This document shows, piece by piece, positions 32,577 through 42,852 of a stretch of 64,000 bases of DNA. Source of the stretch: an uncultured Ignavibacteria bacterium (lineage in GTDB: Bacteria; Bacteroidota; Ignavibacteria; Ch128b); assembly GCA_937944105.1 (NCBI GenBank), contig CALDZP010000033.1:2034-66033 (forward strand), given 5' to 3'. The translations under genes and the position numbers were made by a program. Numbering within the stretch: position 1 is the first letter of the stretch; each line of letters opens with the position of its first letter. The notes below the pieces were generated by a model. It was not told the origin of the DNA. It was given only the letters and a program-made list of their open reading frames with translations, and ran no database searches.

Positions 32577-33365
32577 TTATATAGATTTTACATAACCACC
32601 ATCTATAAAAATTGTTTGTCCTGTAATATAACCAGCCTTTTCAGAAGCAAGGAACGCAACGAGACTGCCAATTTCTTCTGGTTTCCCAAGTCTACCCATC
32701 GGGATATCTTGTGTATAACTTTTTAATATTTCTTCATGACTTTTACCTGTTAATTTTGCTTGTTCAACTGCTAAATCATAGATTCTCTTTGTCAATGTAT
32801 AACCAGGTGCAACATTATTTACTGTAATATTAAAAGGTGCAACCTCAGTTGATAGTGTTTTAGCATAACCAATTACAGCATTCCTTAAAGAATTTGACAG
32901 CACAAGTCTTTGAATCGGTTGTTTAACTGTTACTGAAGTAATATTTATAATTCTACCAAAATTATTTTTCTTCATTGAATCAATTACAAGATTAGTTATA
33001 CGAACAACAGATAGTACAATTTCTTGATAAGCATTATTCCAATCATCTTCTTTGACATTGAAGATATATTTTGATGGTGGTCCTCCACAATTATTCACCA
33101 CTATATCGATTGAACCAAATACTCTTAGTGTTTCTTTAACTAATGCTTCAATATCATCAAGATTTTTTAAATCACACTGAAACCACTGAATATTTGTCCC
33201 GTAATTTTGAATTAAATCTTGAGCAACCTGGATTAAATCAGAGGAACTTCTTGAACAAATCATAACATTACATCCTTCAGCGGCTAAAGCTTCAGCACAG
33301 GCTCTTCCAATTCCTTTACTTGAAGCAGTAACAAGAGCATTTTTACCTTGAAGACCAAGTTCCAT
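32577..33365 (-). CDS. SDR family oxidoreductase (atypical, FabG-like)
   Basis: TASSKGIG, NNCGGPP, SNSLR in place of YxxxK, IFIDGG. Confidence 0.88.
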   Translation of the reverse strand: MELGLQGKNALVTASSKGIGRACAEALAAEGCNVMICSRSSSDLIQVAQDLIQNYGTNIQWFQCDLKNLDDIEALVKETLRVFGSIDIVVNNCGGPPSKYIFNVKEDDWNNAYQEIVLSVVRITNLVIDSMKKNNFGRIINITSVTVKQPIQRLVLSNSLRNAVIGYAKTLSTEVAPFNITVNNVAPGYTLTKRIYDLAVEQAKLTGKSHEEILKSYTQDIPMGRLGKPEEIGSLVAFLASEKAGYITGQTIFIDGGYVKSI

Positions 33366-33382
33366 TTTTACCTCCAATCATT

Positions 33383-34870
33383 TTAAGCTTCACTTAAATC
33401 AACTTTACTTAATTGATTTTCAGTTTTAGCAATTACTACGCTAACAGCTGCATCACCTGTAACATTAGTTACTGTTCTACACATGTCAAGAACTCTATCC
33501 ACGCCTAATATTAAAGCTATTCCAATTTCAGGAATATGAACAGTTTTCAAAATAATTAGAAGCATTATAATACCAACACCTGGAACTGGAGCAGTTCCAA
33601 TTGAGGCAAGAACAGCAGTAAAGATAATAACCAATTGTTCATAAAGGGAGAGTTCCATCCCAAAAACTTGAGAAATAAATATAGCTGCAACTCCCTGATA
33701 TAATGCAGTACCATCCATATTTATTGTTGCGCCCAGTGGTAGTGTAAATCCCGTGATACTTTTGGATATTCCTAAATTTTCTTCGCAGCATTCCATATTT
33801 ACAGGTAGCGTTGCTGCACTTGAACTTGTAGAAAAAGCAACTATTTGGGCTCTTCTAATCCCTTTGAAAAAAACATTCGGACTTAATTTACCAAAAAATT
33901 TTACAAGTCCTCCATAAATAAAAATTGTGTGTATTAGTAGACCAATGATTACAGTAAAAATATACCAGAATAAAGTTTCCAGAATCTCAAAACCAAACTC
34001 TGCTATAGTTGCTGATATTAAAGCAAATACACCAAAGGGAGCAATTTTCATTACTATATCTACAAGTTTTATCATTGTATCGCTAAATCCATCAAAAAAT
34101 TTTATCACTGGCTCAGATTTGGATTGAGAAATAAAATTTAAAGCTATGCCGACCATTAGAGCAAAAAACACAATTTGAAGCATTTCGGCATTAGTCATCG
34201 CTTTAAATATATTTTTTGGAACAACATTAACTAATTGATCAAGTATATTAAATTCTATTTCTGTTTGAACTTTTTGTGCGACTTCAGTTTTGTATGTTAG
34301 AAGCAATTCTTCTTTAGTTCTTTCATTTAATTTTTTTCCTGGTTGAATTAAATTTCCAAGAATTAAACCAATGGAGATTGCTATAGCAGTTGTAGACAAA
34401 TAAATAAGAATTGTTTTACTACCGATTCGTGCAAGTTTTTTAAGATTGCCAAGACTTGCTACACCAACAATAAGTGAAGATAGGACAAGAGGAATTGCAA
34501 TCATATTTAAAAGATTAATGAAAATTGTTCCAATTGGTTTTATTTGTATTGCGATTGTTTGTACTTTTTTTATTTCTTGAACCTGACGAAAACTTTTTTC
34601 TTTTGTTACCAATATTAGATTATTTTTTTCATCGGAACTTAATTGATTGAATCTCTGAATAATATTAGTATGATTGTTTAATATTTCTTTTTTACCATTG
34701 ATTAAAAATTCCAGGGAATCAAATTTTACTCTTTCTGTTACTAAGTTATTGTTGACCTTGTAAATTATGGTTATTTCATTTTTATTTATATGAAAAATTC
34801 CACCGAAAATGGCACCTAAAATTAATCCCAGAATTATTTGAGTATGCAATTTAATTTTAATTCTGCCCAT
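33383..34870 (-). CDS. Dicarboxylate/amino acid:cation symporter (GltP-like, acidic amino acid type)
   Basis: FSTSSSAATLP, NMDGT, DRVLDMCRTVTNVTGD. Confidence 0.92.
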   Translation of the reverse strand: MGRIKIKLHTQIILGLILGAIFGGIFHINKNEITIIYKVNNNLVTERVKFDSLEFLINGKKEILNNHTNIIQRFNQLSSDEKNNLILVTKEKSFRQVQEIKKVQTIAIQIKPIGTIFINLLNMIAIPLVLSSLIVGVASLGNLKKLARIGSKTILIYLSTTAIAISIGLILGNLIQPGKKLNERTKEELLLTYKTEVAQKVQTEIEFNILDQLVNVVPKNIFKAMTNAEMLQIVFFALMVGIALNFISQSKSEPVIKFFDGFSDTMIKLVDIVMKIAPFGVFALISATIAEFGFEILETLFWYIFTVIIGLLIHTIFIYGGLVKFFGKLSPNVFFKGIRRAQIVAFSTSSSAATLPVNMECCEENLGISKSITGFTLPLGATINMDGTALYQGVAAIFISQVFGMELSLYEQLVIIFTAVLASIGTAPVPGVGIIMLLIILKTVHIPEIGIALILGVDRVLDMCRTVTNVTGDAAVSVVIAKTENQLSKVDLSEA

Positions 34871-34893
34871 ATCTTTCCTTAAATGAGATTGGT

Positions 34894-36027
34894 TTATAAC
34901 ATTAATTGTTCACAAATTTCGTCCACAAGTAAATAACCTTTTTTGGTTAATCTGAGCATATCATTTTCGATAATTACAAATCCATTTTTAATTAATTCAT
35001 TAAAAAATCTTTCTTCATGTTTTAAGAGATTGATATTGAATTCGTCTTCCAATTGTTTAAGATTAATTCCTTTACTTCTTAATCCAAGATAGAGTCTTTC
35101 ATTGTATATTTCAGTTGGGTTTAAAAATTCTTCATCTTTTATTGCATTACCTGAGCCATTCACTCTTTCAATATATCTGGAAATATTTCTGTAATTATGC
35201 CAGCGTCTATTATCCCAAAGTGAGTGTGAAGAAGGTCCAAATCCCAGATAATTTATTCGATACCAGTAGTTTAAATTATGAATAGATTCATATCCAGGTT
35301 TTGAAAAATTAGAAACTTCGTATTGAACAAATCCATGTTCTGGTAAAAAGTCCATGGTAAATTCATACATGTCCGCATCCTGTTCGATGGAGGGCAAATA
35401 AATAATTCCTTTTTTTGATTGATAGTACAGACTTGTTCCTGGTTCAAGTGTTAAACTATAAGCTGAGATATGTTTGATAGGTTGTTGAACTGCGATTTTC
35501 AAGTTTTCTTTCCAGTCATCCAAAGTTTGACCAGGGATTGAAAATATCAAATCAATATTTATATTATTAAAACCTGCTTTCGCAGCTATCTCTATACTCT
35601 TAAGAGCAGTTTTACTATCATGGTCACGAGTAAGATACTTTAAATCTTCATCGTTAAAAGATTGGACACCAATACTCAAACGATTAATACCAATTGATAA
35701 GAACTCATTCAATTTTTTTTCATCAATTGTATTTGGGTTGGATTCGATAGTTATTTCAATATCCTCAGGGTATTTAAAAATGGTAGTTAATTTATTAATG
35801 ATTTGTCTTAGATATGATGGTTCAACCAATGAAGGAGTTCCCCCACCAAAATAAATAGTTTGTAAATAACCTTTATCGTGATAAACCTCGGCAAAATAAT
35901 CAATCTCTTTCAAAAGTGAATACAAAAGAGGATTTTTTTTATCGTGTTTTATTAATACATAAAAATCACAATAATTACATTTGATATTGCAAAAAGGAAT
36001 ATGAACATAGACTGAAAAGGGTTTCAA
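34894..36027 (-). CDS. hemW: Radical SAM heme chaperone HemW
   Basis: YVHIPFCNIKCNYCDF, FGGGTPS, YEVSNF, HNLNYW. Confidence 0.9.
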   Translation of the reverse strand: MKPFSVYVHIPFCNIKCNYCDFYVLIKHDKKNPLLYSLLKEIDYFAEVYHDKGYLQTIYFGGGTPSLVEPSYLRQIINKLTTIFKYPEDIEITIESNPNTIDEKKLNEFLSIGINRLSIGVQSFNDEDLKYLTRDHDSKTALKSIEIAAKAGFNNINIDLIFSIPGQTLDDWKENLKIAVQQPIKHISAYSLTLEPGTSLYYQSKKGIIYLPSIEQDADMYEFTMDFLPEHGFVQYEVSNFSKPGYESIHNLNYWYRINYLGFGPSSHSLWDNRRWHNYRNISRYIERVNGSGNAIKDEEFLNPTEIYNERLYLGLRSKGINLKQLEDEFNINLLKHEERFFNELIKNGFVIIENDMLRLTKKGYLLVDEICEQLML

Positions 36028-36048
36028 TGTTTACTCCTTTTAGATTTG

Positions 36049-37854
36049 TTACAATTCTTTTCTTAATAAATACCAGTTGTTATAGTCAAGTTGATCAAAA
36101 TCAAGTCTTAAAATTTTTTCCCCATTAAAATAGACAAATAGATTAGTTTCATCATTTAAGGGCAATTTAAAGATAAATTTAACAGAAAGTATGTCCTTCC
36201 CATCGAGGGTTGTTCGTAAAATAGTAGCAGTAAATTTTTTTGTTTTATATTCCTTACCGACATCAAATTTTGGATAAACTCTCACAATCTTTGCAAATAA
36301 ATTATTTAGCCAGCCTTTTGAGTTTGTTTCGAGTAGAAAGGTATATTCATCGTGTTTTTTAATTTTCATATCTCCATCAAAACTTGACAGTGGATAAACA
36401 TCAATGTTATAGTTAGTCTGGAATTTTGTTATATCGTTAAGATAAAAAGTGTAAAAGATAGATGGGGTGTTTAGATAAAAAATATTTTGTGTTTTTTTAT
36501 CAATGAGTTGATTTGTTTCACTAACTATTGATGTAATCTTGCGAAATTCTTTTTTGTATTCTGATGGATAGTAAAGACTTAAGTAAAAGGCAAAAATCAA
36601 TGTGCTAAAAATAAGGTAATAACCGAAAATATCACCGAGATATTTTAATCCTTTTGGATTTTGTGGTAGAAAGAATTTTTTTATTGGTTGGGTGTTCATG
36701 ATCAAATAAGAGACTAAAAAACTTCCAAAAACGAAAGGAAAATAAATTAATCTTTCCGATGGAATAGTTATCAATTGCACTAAGAATGAAATTGTAATAA
36801 GCAAAAAACTATAATGAACCATTCTTGTTTTCCTGTAAGGGAGGAGATTAATTGATAAAATGAAATACAAAAAAATACCAAGTGCAGTAAATAGGGGAAT
36901 ATATTTTTCTTCGAAAATAACAAGACCAAAAGGAATATTAGTAAGTATGCCCGTTAGCATTATGGGAAGACCAGTAATTACATTTTTAATGTAATCCATG
37001 GGGCGTTTAAACGGATCGAAATACATCATATTATTTACGCCAAAACCTGCCAACTTATAAAATGAAAGAAATACGACAATTAATAAAAAGTGAAACCTCC
37101 AGTAACTTTCATTTTTTATAAGTAAAATTAATTTATTATAAAATCTTTTAAAGATATTTTTCTCTTTACTCTGTGATTCGAGTAATATAAATTCATAAAG
37201 TATTATTGCCAGTGGACCAATAACTGCTGTTTCTTTGCATAGTAGTGCCAAAAATATATAAATTCTGGATAGTCTTCTGTGTTGAACTAATGCAGTTTCT
37301 CTATGCTTAACATAATAATATAAACCAAGGTTGATAAATAAAACAGAAAATAAATCTGTATTAGTTGATATCCAGCCAACTGTCATAGAATGATCTTCCG
37401 AAATCAAGAAAATTATAGAAGCAAGCAGAGAGACACTATACAATTTTGAAAATTTTAAAAGCAAAAGGAATACAGAAAAAGCAACAAGAGAATGGAGTAA
37501 AATTGAAAAAGAATGTAATATCAATGCGGCATAGTTTTCATTGATCCAATAAATGATACTGAAAAATAACGAAGGGATTGGTCGGAAAAATTTTGCTTTT
37601 ACATTTTCATCTTTCCACCATAAATTTTGAAATGTATCATAATCTCTAATATCAATAGACCAGAAACCAGCTAAGGGGTATTTAATTTCTTTTGATTTGA
37701 GAATCGACACAAAAAAATAATCATCAGCCCAGAATTCATTTGATATGTAAGGATGAAAAATAATTATTGCAATTACAAATTGAATGATAAAAATTTGAAG
37801 ATTAGTTAATCTCTTTGGAAAGACTTTTTTAAGTTTAGTAACTATTTCTTTCAA
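36049..37854 (-). CDS. Multi-TM GT-C-like membrane glycosyltransferase
   Basis: FWADDY acidic loop after TM1, FFRP, ALLCKETAV, ERLIYFP; soluble C-terminal domain. Confidence 0.6.
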   Translation of the reverse strand: MKEIVTKLKKVFPKRLTNLQIFIIQFVIAIIIFHPYISNEFWADDYFFVSILKSKEIKYPLAGFWSIDIRDYDTFQNLWWKDENVKAKFFRPIPSLFFSIIYWINENYAALILHSFSILLHSLVAFSVFLLLLKFSKLYSVSLLASIIFLISEDHSMTVGWISTNTDLFSVLFINLGLYYYVKHRETALVQHRRLSRIYIFLALLCKETAVIGPLAIILYEFILLESQSKEKNIFKRFYNKLILLIKNESYWRFHFLLIVVFLSFYKLAGFGVNNMMYFDPFKRPMDYIKNVITGLPIMLTGILTNIPFGLVIFEEKYIPLFTALGIFLYFILSINLLPYRKTRMVHYSFLLITISFLVQLITIPSERLIYFPFVFGSFLVSYLIMNTQPIKKFFLPQNPKGLKYLGDIFGYYLIFSTLIFAFYLSLYYPSEYKKEFRKITSIVSETNQLIDKKTQNIFYLNTPSIFYTFYLNDITKFQTNYNIDVYPLSSFDGDMKIKKHDEYTFLLETNSKGWLNNLFAKIVRVYPKFDVGKEYKTKKFTATILRTTLDGKDILSVKFIFKLPLNDETNLFVYFNGEKILRLDFDQLDYNNWYLLRKEL

Positions 37855-37868
37855 TGATTTCCATACTA

Positions 37869-39575
37869 TTAGTTTGAGTTGTAAATAAGTTCTTTTGCAC
37901 TTTCTATTGATGCTGGTGTTACTTCTTCCCCGCTTATAAGTTTAGCTACCTCATAAATTTTTTCTTCTTCTGAAAGTTTTTTAATGGTAGTAATTGCTCT
38001 TCCGTCTTTTACTTTTTTATCAACTACAAAATGTGTATCTGAAAAGCCAGCAATTTGAGGTAAATGAGTTATGGCAATTATTTGATGAAATTCAGATAAG
38101 TTTTTCAATGCTTTACCAACTTTTTGTGCAATTCTGCCGCTTATTCCAACATCAATTTCATCAAAAACCATGAGTGGTAATTTGTCTGATTTAGCAAGTA
38201 TTGTTTTTAATGCTAACATTATTCGCGAAATTTCACCTCCTGAAGCAACTTTTGTAAGCGGTTTTAATTCTTCTCCAGGGTTTGTGGAGATATAAAATTC
38301 CACTTCATCAAATCCATCTGGAGTAGCAACAAAATATTCAGATCCCAATTTTACAAAAGCATAAGGATTTTCAGTTTTCTTATTTCTGAATACCACATCA
38401 AATTTAGCATTGTTAATCCCAAGCTCTTTTAATATTGACACAATTGATTTACTAATTTTTTCTGCAACTTCTCTTCTCTTTTCTGACAATCTGACTGCAG
38501 CATCGCTGCAAAGTTTTCTTTCAAATTCAATCTCTTCTTCGAGTTTATGAATTTCTTCTTCAAAATTTTCAACAAGTTTTAGTTCTTCTTCGATTTTATT
38601 TCTGTGTTCAATTACTGCATCAAGAGAACCGCCATATTTTTTTGCCAGTAAAACTAAACTACCGAGTCGCTCTCTATATTCTTCTAATAATTCTGGATTG
38701 AATTCAATTCTAGAGTTGTAGCTTTGAATAAATTTTGCAATTTCATCAACGACTGTAATCGCTGAAGAAATATCGTTTTTAAGTTCTGAAAAGGTTTTAT
38801 CAATCTTTGCCAGTTCATCAATTAAGTTCCTTACTTTAATCAATTGATCGTAAATTGCAAATTCTGATTCATAAAGTGTCTCGTAAATTCTCGATGTAGA
38901 TTCATAAAGACGTTCGCTGTTTTCAAGTATATTTAGTTTAGTTTTAATTTCTTCAATTTCATTTGGTTTTGGATTAATAGCGTCAATTTCTTTTGCCTGA
39001 AATTCATATAAATCTTTCTTTTCTCGTGAAGTTTTTTCGATATTTTTTAAGTATTCAAGTTTTTCAAATGCTTTTTTCAGGTTATAATAATGTTGTCGAT
39101 ATTCTTCGATTAATTTCTCGAGATTCCCAAAATTGTCGAGCAGATGAATGTGAGTTTCTGTCCTTAATAATGATTGATGTTCATGTTGACCATGAAGATC
39201 GATGATAAACTTTCCGAGTTCTTTTAAGTGAGAAAGAGTTGCGGGGGAATCATTTATAAAACTTCTCGATGTCCCTTTCTTTAAAATCTCTCTTCGAATG
39301 ATAAGTTCATCACCAATATCAAAATCGTTATCTCCTAAGAAATTTATTACATTTTGATTATCGCTAACATCAAAAACGCCTTCAATAATTGCTTTCTCTG
39401 AACCAGTTCGTATTACATCTGTTGATGCTTTTTCACCGATTAATAAATTCATTGCATCAACGATTATTGATTTACCTACTCCTGTCTCTCCAGTGATTAT
39501 ATTTAGTCCCGAATCAAAGTGAATGGTGATTTTATCTATAAGAATATAATCTTTAATAGTAAGTGTTTTTATCAT
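37869..39575 (-). CDS. recN: DNA repair protein RecN
   Basis: TGETGVGKS, HGQHEHQ, ASGGEISR, FDEIDVG. Confidence 0.97.
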   Translation of the reverse strand: MIKTLTIKDYILIDKITIHFDSGLNIITGETGVGKSIIVDAMNLLIGEKASTDVIRTGSEKAIIEGVFDVSDNQNVINFLGDNDFDIGDELIIRREILKKGTSRSFINDSPATLSHLKELGKFIIDLHGQHEHQSLLRTETHIHLLDNFGNLEKLIEEYRQHYYNLKKAFEKLEYLKNIEKTSREKKDLYEFQAKEIDAINPKPNEIEEIKTKLNILENSERLYESTSRIYETLYESEFAIYDQLIKVRNLIDELAKIDKTFSELKNDISSAITVVDEIAKFIQSYNSRIEFNPELLEEYRERLGSLVLLAKKYGGSLDAVIEHRNKIEEELKLVENFEEEIHKLEEEIEFERKLCSDAAVRLSEKRREVAEKISKSIVSILKELGINNAKFDVVFRNKKTENPYAFVKLGSEYFVATPDGFDEVEFYISTNPGEELKPLTKVASGGEISRIMLALKTILAKSDKLPLMVFDEIDVGISGRIAQKVGKALKNLSEFHQIIAITHLPQIAGFSDTHFVVDKKVKDGRAITTIKKLSEEEKIYEVAKLISGEEVTPASIESAKELIYNSN

Positions 39576-39695
39576 AAAAAACTCTCTCTCATTAAATATT
39601 ATACAAAAAAATTCGGATATAATCTTAACAAAATTTGATGTAAAATCTTTTCTGAATAGTTATTAGAAAATTCATTCTTGATTTAAAAAGTGATA

Positions 39696-39866
39696 TTCAT
39701 TGCCATCACGATAAAACTGGAGAAGCGATTTTTTTGTGTTTAGTTCAGTAATTTTAAGATGACTTGCTGTTCTTTTGTGAAGGATTGATTCGTCGTTTCT
39801 TTCCTACCAATGATCGTTAAGTGTGACAGTTATTGCGAGCCTTGAAAAATCATGAAAAAGCAATCC
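39696..39866. repeat. Three decayed GTCATTGCGAG...GCAATCY-type REP-like copies
   Basis: 39696-39731 (+); 39782-39814 (-, reads ATCATTGGTAGGAAAGAAACGACGAATCAATCC); 39829-39866 (+, GTTATTGCGAGCC...AAGCAATCC). Confidence 0.55.
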
Positions 39867-40011
39867 TTTATAATCAGCTTTAATAATTTCAAATAAATTA
39901 AGTTGAAATTTGAATTCTGCTTATCGAAATTTGAATCAGAAAATATTCATAGAATTTTATAGTCATTTGATTTAACCGATAATATTTCAAGGACTTATAG
40001 AGAAAAATTTT

Positions 40012-41004
40012 GTGAACAATAAAAAAATTTACGATATACTTAAGAATGTTTTGTTTGGTCAACCGACTGATTTGGAAAAAAACCATCTCTTTGAAATATT
40101 AATAGAGGTGGCAAGGATGAGAATACGTTTCTTTAGCAGGCTAAAATATTTTTCCCTTGAAAGAAACGAAATCTCGATGGATGATATCGCCCTTGAGGCT
40201 ATTTCAAATCTACTAAGTAATAATGAAGTAGATTATCTTAATTATATTCGAAAATCTTTTTCGAATTGGGTACCGCCTATCAGAGATGAAGAAGAAGCAA
40301 TTAATTTTGTGAATAAAATAATTGATCAATCAATCTATCAAACTATAGCAAAAAAATACAGTGAGCTTGACCCTTTATTTTCAAAAATACTTAAAGAAAT
40401 TAAAAGAGCTAACCGTCATAAATATAAGATTTTCGAAAGAGTAGATACGGAGTATATTGCATTAAAATCATTTGATATAAATTCAAAGTTTAATATTATA
40501 CCGCAAGAAGAATTGATTGTACTGGGTGTTCAAAAATTTCCTGACAATAATTACATAAATAAATGGATTGATGAAATTTTTAAGTCTTTAAAAGAATTTA
40601 CAGACTACTCACCGATATTACCAGTTAATTCACTTGCACTTAAAATAAAATTTGAATTGACCGCTGTCCAAAAAATTGACTTTAATGTGATTCCTGATCC
40701 TGAGATACAATTTATGATTAGAGAAGGGATATTATTATCACTAAAAAGGATTGAAAAAAAACTTGATGAGTTAGGAAAGAAGAAGAAAAAATACAACGAA
40801 CGAGTTAGAACCATGTTCAGAGAAGCTTTAGCAGATATAGCTTATGATTTACTTGAAGGGGATGAAATAAAAAATTATTACGAATACCTTAAGAATCACG
40901 ATAAAAATCTAACAGTGAAAGATTATAGAGAAAATTATCGTGCTCAATTTGAATATTTAATCAAAATATTAAAAAACGATATAGTCCGATATTATCTTCA
41001 GTAA
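40012..41004 (+). CDS. Hypothetical soluble protein, weakly sigma-factor-like
   Basis: 330-aa ORF with GTG start. The segment MDDIALEAISNLL resembles the sigma-70 region 2 D-x-x-Q/E-E-x-F helix. Confidence 0.6.
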   Translation: MNNKKIYDILKNVLFGQPTDLEKNHLFEILIEVARMRIRFFSRLKYFSLERNEISMDDIALEAISNLLSNNEVDYLNYIRKSFSNWVPPIRDEEEAINFVNKIIDQSIYQTIAKKYSELDPLFSKILKEIKRANRHKYKIFERVDTEYIALKSFDINSKFNIIPQEELIVLGVQKFPDNNYINKWIDEIFKSLKEFTDYSPILPVNSLALKIKFELTAVQKIDFNVIPDPEIQFMIREGILLSLKRIEKKLDELGKKKKKYNERVRTMFREALADIAYDLLEGDEIKNYYEYLKNHDKNLTVKDYRENYRAQFEYLIKILKNDIVRYYLQ

Positions 41005-41072
41005 TTTTTAATCTCTTCATTTATCAAATTATAAATTGTGGTTATTTGCATATTTTTGAAAAACATTTATTC

Positions 41073-42113
41073 ATGTTTAATATAGATGATTTAAACACAC
41101 AGTACAATTATCGACAAAGAGTTACAGCATTATGGGCTTTTAGTGAGTCTGTTTTTGGTGGACTTCTGCACGCGTTAAAGATACCATTTACGGGACTTTT
41201 TCTTGGCGGATTTGCTGTAATTTTTCTTTCGTTAGTTGCAGAACTTTCAAATAACAAAAAAGAAATACTAAAAATTACTTCAATTGTTATTGCAATAAAG
41301 TTCTTAATGTCTCCTAATACTCCTTTTACTGCTTATCTTGCTGTTCTCATTCAGGGTATATTTGCTTTTATAATTTTTTCATTAATAAATAATCGTTCAG
41401 TTTCAATCATTCTTTTGAGCTTTTTATCTGCTTTATGGTCAGCATCTCAAAAAATTATTGTTACCACTTTGATTTTTGGAATGACATTCTGGTATTCCAT
41501 AGATAGTTTTGTTATTTACCTAAGTAAAATTGCTGGCATAAATTTAAGCAAGGATTTTAGTGTAAGCATCATTTTAATTGTTTCTTACTTTTTATTGCAT
41601 TTAATTGGAGCTGCTATATTTGCCAGAATTGCCATAAGATTTCCGATTTTTTTGAATGAAAATAAAAGTAGGTTGGAAAAGATAAAAAAGGAATACCAGA
41701 TTTATAAGGAAACAAAACTAATTGTTAACAATTCATTTAATCATTCAAAGAAAAAGAAATGGTATAAGAAACCATCGCGATTAATTTTGTTAATTTTTAT
41801 GGTTTGTTTAACCATCATTTCATATATGAATCCAGAATTAAATAAAATTAAATTTTTTGATGTCATTTCAATGTTGGTTCGTGCGATCGTTATAATTTAT
41901 CTATGGTTTAAAGTTGTTTCACCGCTATTGGTAAAAGGTTTTGTAAAATTGTTTAGAAAAAATTCTGCATTTGAGAAGATTGATTCATATACGACCTTTT
42001 TTCCTGAATTCAAGGAAATTCTTTTATATAATTGGAAATCGAATTCATCATATCCTAAATTATTAAGGATAAGAAAATTTATGGAAGATTTATTTTTATT
42101 ATTACTAATATGA
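41073..42113 (+). CDS. Hypothetical multi-TM membrane protein (N-terminal half resembles an ECF S-component-like module)
   Basis: RVTALWAFSESVFGGLLHALKIPFTG N-terminus and about 8 TM helices. Start placed at ATG 41073. Confidence 0.65.
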   Translation: MFNIDDLNTQYNYRQRVTALWAFSESVFGGLLHALKIPFTGLFLGGFAVIFLSLVAELSNNKKEILKITSIVIAIKFLMSPNTPFTAYLAVLIQGIFAFIIFSLINNRSVSIILLSFLSALWSASQKIIVTTLIFGMTFWYSIDSFVIYLSKIAGINLSKDFSVSIILIVSYFLLHLIGAAIFARIAIRFPIFLNENKSRLEKIKKEYQIYKETKLIVNNSFNHSKKKKWYKKPSRLILLIFMVCLTIISYMNPELNKIKFFDVISMLVRAIVIIYLWFKVVSPLLVKGFVKLFRKNSAFEKIDSYTTFFPEFKEILLYNWKSNSSYPKLLRIRKFMEDLFLLLLI

Positions 42114-42613
42114 CCAGAAAAATTTTTATTTACTCAGGTGAAATTAAGAGTGGCAAAACAACAAATCTCTTTCGTTGGTTCGTAAATCAACAAAATGTTT
42201 CTGGAATTCTTCAACCAGTTATTGAGGACAAAAGATATTTTTATTCCATTGTAGATAAGGAATTAATTCAACTGGAAATATCCAGAGAACAAGCTGCCAA
42301 ATTAAATGAAGAAGAAATTGAAAAAATTGGTAATTACATTTTTTTGAAAAATGGTTTTGAGAAAGCAAAAGATATCCTTTATCGTGATTTTGTAAGTAAT
42401 TACAATTGGCTCATAATTGATGAAATAGGACCACTGGAATTAAATAATTCTGGACTTGAACCAATTGTCACAAAAATTATTAATGAAAGGGATAATTTTA
42501 ATGGAAATATTTTGTGTGTGGTGCGGGATAAATTATTTAAACAATTTATTGAATTTTATAAAATCTACAACGAATTTGAAATTTTCGACAGAAGTTTTTT
42601 AAATCCGAAGTAG
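42110..42613 (+). CDS. NTPase_1 (THEP1-like) nucleoside triphosphatase
   Basis: Walker A GEIKSGKTT, Walker B LIIDEIGPLE; ATGA overlap with the upstream gene. Confidence 0.82.
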   Translation: MTRKIFIYSGEIKSGKTTNLFRWFVNQQNVSGILQPVIEDKRYFYSIVDKELIQLEISREQAAKLNEEEIEKIGNYIFLKNGFEKAKDILYRDFVSNYNWLIIDEIGPLELNNSGLEPIVTKIINERDNFNGNILCVVRDKLFKQFIEFYKIYNEFEIFDRSFLNPK

Positions 42614-42788
42614 AACATTTTTTGTTTTTGATAAAATTTGAATAATAATTTTCATCTCTCCTTAGATTAATTTTCTACAAATAAATTCCTGCTAGTAATA
42701 ATTGATGGTAATACCAATTCAATTTTCTTAATGAGGAAAAAATATTTTAGAAATATCAAAAATATCAATTTGGGTCAAAATATTACAT

Positions 42789-42829
42789 TTGACAATTTTG
42801 TTTTAATTATTTAGATTTGGTCTAAATAA
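42789..42829 (+). promoter_or_regulatory. Sigma70-type promoter overlapped by a Fur/PerR-like inverted repeat
   Basis: TTGACA (42789)-17 bp-TAGATT (42812). A perfect 9-5-9 palindrome TTATTTAGA-N5-TCTAAATAA at 42807-42829 covers the -10. Confidence 0.72.
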
Positions 42830-42852
42830 GAATAAAATAGAAAGGTAATTTT

